DNA from: Acidobacteriota bacterium
GTDB taxonomy: Bacteria; Acidobacteriota; HRBIN11
Length of the DNA: 33,085 nucleotides
NCBI GenBank assembly: GCA_030550225.1
Contig: JAUQPV010000003.1
Coordinates: forward strand, 1-33,085
Direction: 5' to 3'
Made by a program: the position numbers and the translations under genes. This document shows, one piece after another, positions 29,880 through 33,085 of the stretch; the stretch's first letter is position 1, and every line of letters begins with the position of its first letter. The notes beneath the pieces were generated by a model. That model did not search any database. It was given only the letters and a program-made list of their open reading frames with translations, and was not told the DNA's origin.

Positions 29880-31145
29880 ATGACGACCCGACCGGCGCCG
29901 ACCCAAATTCGAAACGATGGCCCCACGTGGTGGAATCCGACATGGCGGTGGTGGTGGGGACGGGGCCTGATCGGTCAACAGGCCGCCCTCCGGCCGTGGC
30001 TTCCGGAGGCGGTTCACCAAGAGGCCAGTCTCTGGACGCCGCCGGAGGCCGACGAACCCCTCCCCCTGGATGTGTTTGTCCTGACGCCTCATGAGGTCCA
30101 CGGCATCCCCGCCGAGGCCACCCGACAGTTTCTGACGGCCTGTCTGGTCCTTTTCGACCCGGCGGAGGGTCCCGTCTACGTCCGATGGCCCAACGCCTGG
30201 TTCATCCCCTGGCGTCCGGAGCAGGGGATCCAGCACCCCCGGGTCATCCGGTGGATCCAGGAGATCCAGCAGGGGATCGCCGTCCTCCCCGAGCGGTCGG
30301 CTGACCCGGTCGGGAACCGCCTGACCGATGCCTCGTCCTCCTTTGCGACCTGGCTGGCGACGGTCCACAGCCGTATCCTTTCTCACGCCGGCACGGTCGT
30401 CCTGGCCGAGGTCGGTTCCCTTCCCTTCCTGGCCCGGACCGTCGTGTCCCTCCTGGCGTCTCATCCCCAGTGGAATCCCGCCGAATGGCATGTCGCCGAA
30501 CCCCTGGAAGTCACCGAACCCCAACGGGAGCGTATCTCCGAGTGGCTGAAGCCCGCCCGGGGCGAGCGCGTCCCTCGAAGCTTGCTGACCCTCTACGGGC
30601 GGGAGGACCGTCTCTATGCGATGTCCCAGGCCTTCCGGAAGACATCTAACGTCCTCTGGGTGTGGCTCCCGAAACCGACCCAGATGGCCCACGCCTGGCC
30701 TGATGTCGTCCGCTTGCTCCGCCGTCCCCCGAAGCCCATCGTATGGACCCAGTGGGCCTGGCAACGCTTTAGTTCCTACCCCTGGCCCGACGATATGGGC
30801 TCCGTCGTCCAGTTCTGGGAACGCCTGGTCCGCCTCACGGAAGGGGGACCGGTCCTCCTAACGACGGCCCGCCTGCAAGTCCTCCTATCCGGTCGTCTCC
30901 CGATGGAGGCGCCGGAGCCCCTGGCCAATCTCATCATCAGCCTGATCCACGAATACCTCCAGTCGGGTCAGACGGACGGCCTGATGGCAGAAATCGAGGG
31001 GCTCTTCGAACGGGCCATGCTTCAGTTCGCCACCCGGATGTTCGCCACCCTACCCGAGGCCACCCGGCTCCTGGGCATCAGCCGGACGACCTTCTTGCGG
31101 AAGCTCGAGCGGCACGGGATCCCCAACCCCTGGGCGGCCAAGTAG
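29880..31145 (+). CDS. Putative regulator: degenerate sigma54-activator-like domain plus Fis-type HTH
   Basis: C-terminal EATRLLGISRTTFLRKL; relics GTVVLAEVG and SYPWPDD...WERL; no Walker A or GAFTGA. Confidence 0.7.
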   Translation: MTTRPAPTQIRNDGPTWWNPTWRWWWGRGLIGQQAALRPWLPEAVHQEASLWTPPEADEPLPLDVFVLTPHEVHGIPAEATRQFLTACLVLFDPAEGPVYVRWPNAWFIPWRPEQGIQHPRVIRWIQEIQQGIAVLPERSADPVGNRLTDASSSFATWLATVHSRILSHAGTVVLAEVGSLPFLARTVVSLLASHPQWNPAEWHVAEPLEVTEPQRERISEWLKPARGERVPRSLLTLYGREDRLYAMSQAFRKTSNVLWVWLPKPTQMAHAWPDVVRLLRRPPKPIVWTQWAWQRFSSYPWPDDMGSVVQFWERLVRLTEGGPVLLTTARLQVLLSGRLPMEAPEPLANLIISLIHEYLQSGQTDGLMAEIEGLFERAMLQFATRMFATLPEATRLLGISRTTFLRKLERHGIPNPWAAK

Positions 31146-31148
31146 ACC

Positions 31149-31428
31149 CTTCGGGAATTCGGGAATCCGGGGTTCGGCCGTTCGACAATGGGGGGATCCA
31201 TTGACTCGAGGTCAGACGAGCCCTCAGGGGTCGGATATAACCGGTCGATTCGGCTCGGGAGAATGGTATCGGGACGGCCTTTTCTATTGGCAGGGAAGCA
31301 CGATTTTTCACAAAGGTCCCGAATCCCAGATGCCAAGTCCCGTGTGGCGACGGCTTCTCCCCTCTCCCTGCCCCCAGCCTTATTGCCTTACTGTCTGGCC
31401 GACCTGCCGAACTCTCGAATTGCCGAGG
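31149..31428. repeat. Inverted octamer arrays at both ends of a convergent spacer
   Basis: CTTCGGGA ATTCGGGA ATCCGGGG ... GTTCGACA (31149-31187); AGCCTTAT TGCCTTAC ... TGCCGAAC TCTCGAAT TGCCGAGG (31376-31428). Confidence 0.7.
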
Positions 31429-32667
<1,239 letters not shown>

Positions 32668-32688
32668 CGTTCCACCTCACGGGACATA

Positions 32689-32718
32689 AATGTAACACGG
32701 ACCGGTCCCCCCTTGCAA
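32689..32718 (-). promoter_or_regulatory. Candidate clpX promoter
   Basis: Minus strand TTGCAA, 18 nt, TACATT preceded by TGn (extended -10); GAGGTG SD downstream. Confidence 0.5.
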
Positions 32719-33085
32719 TGCCCGACCCGTCCATCCGAGAAGGAGCGAGATAAAGCCGGAGGCATCCATCCTTTCGTGGGATGACAAGGCCGTTCGGTTC
32801 GCTCGTCCCTTCGTTACCTCGTCACTCCGTCCCTTCAAAAAATCGTCCTTCCCGAAGAGTCGGAAGAGCTGATCCCATCGGGATTCTCATGGGCCAAGCG
32901 GCTATGCCCATCAAGATTTTCATAGGGAACTCATCTCGAAACCCGTGGGAAGGGATTCCGGGGGATCGCCCCGCATCCGAGGCCGAGACCCCGGCCCTTG
33001 ACTCGCGGGCCCTCCCCCGCCGCCACCGCCAGGACTCGACTCCCACCACCTCGGGATAGACGCCTCCCGCCCGCCCTCTCTCAGG

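Noticed and set aside
31201-31241. TTGACT...TATAAC promoter for an sRNA antisense to clpX
   Set aside because: The boxes are 29 nt apart, too far for sigma70; no other support.

Overview
High-GC bacterial chromosomal window, mostly core genes. The Cys-rich insert in RpoB suggests an Acidobacteriota-like lineage (inference from recalled homologues). Left to right: a MITE-like element and an unlisted 53-aa zinc-ribbon gene; gatB-ftsE-ftsX (minus); the tRNA(Thr,Tyr,Gly,Thr)-tuf-rpmG-tRNA(Trp)-secE-nusG-rplK-rplA-rplJ/rplL-rpoB-rpoC cluster (plus); a minus-strand run encoding a YmdB-like phosphoesterase, MTA phosphorylase, YjbQ, DUF488, an OB-fold protein, a methyltransferase, a Clp1-like polynucleotide kinase, an ABC permease, a sigma54 response regulator and a TPR lipoprotein; then tatB/A-tatC, galU, a degenerate sigma54-activator-like protein, and clpX. 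Most unusual observations: (1) rplJ has no stop codon and runs in frame into rplL, which keeps its own strong SD and ATG, predicting an L10-L12 fusion plus free L12; (2) many intergenic junctions carry 7/8-nt degenerate tandem repeats whose orientation mostly follows transcription, forming inverted pairs; (3) a bacterial Clp1 kinase and an apparently catalytically dead enhancer-binding-protein homologue. All family calls come from motif recognition by eye; no searches were run.
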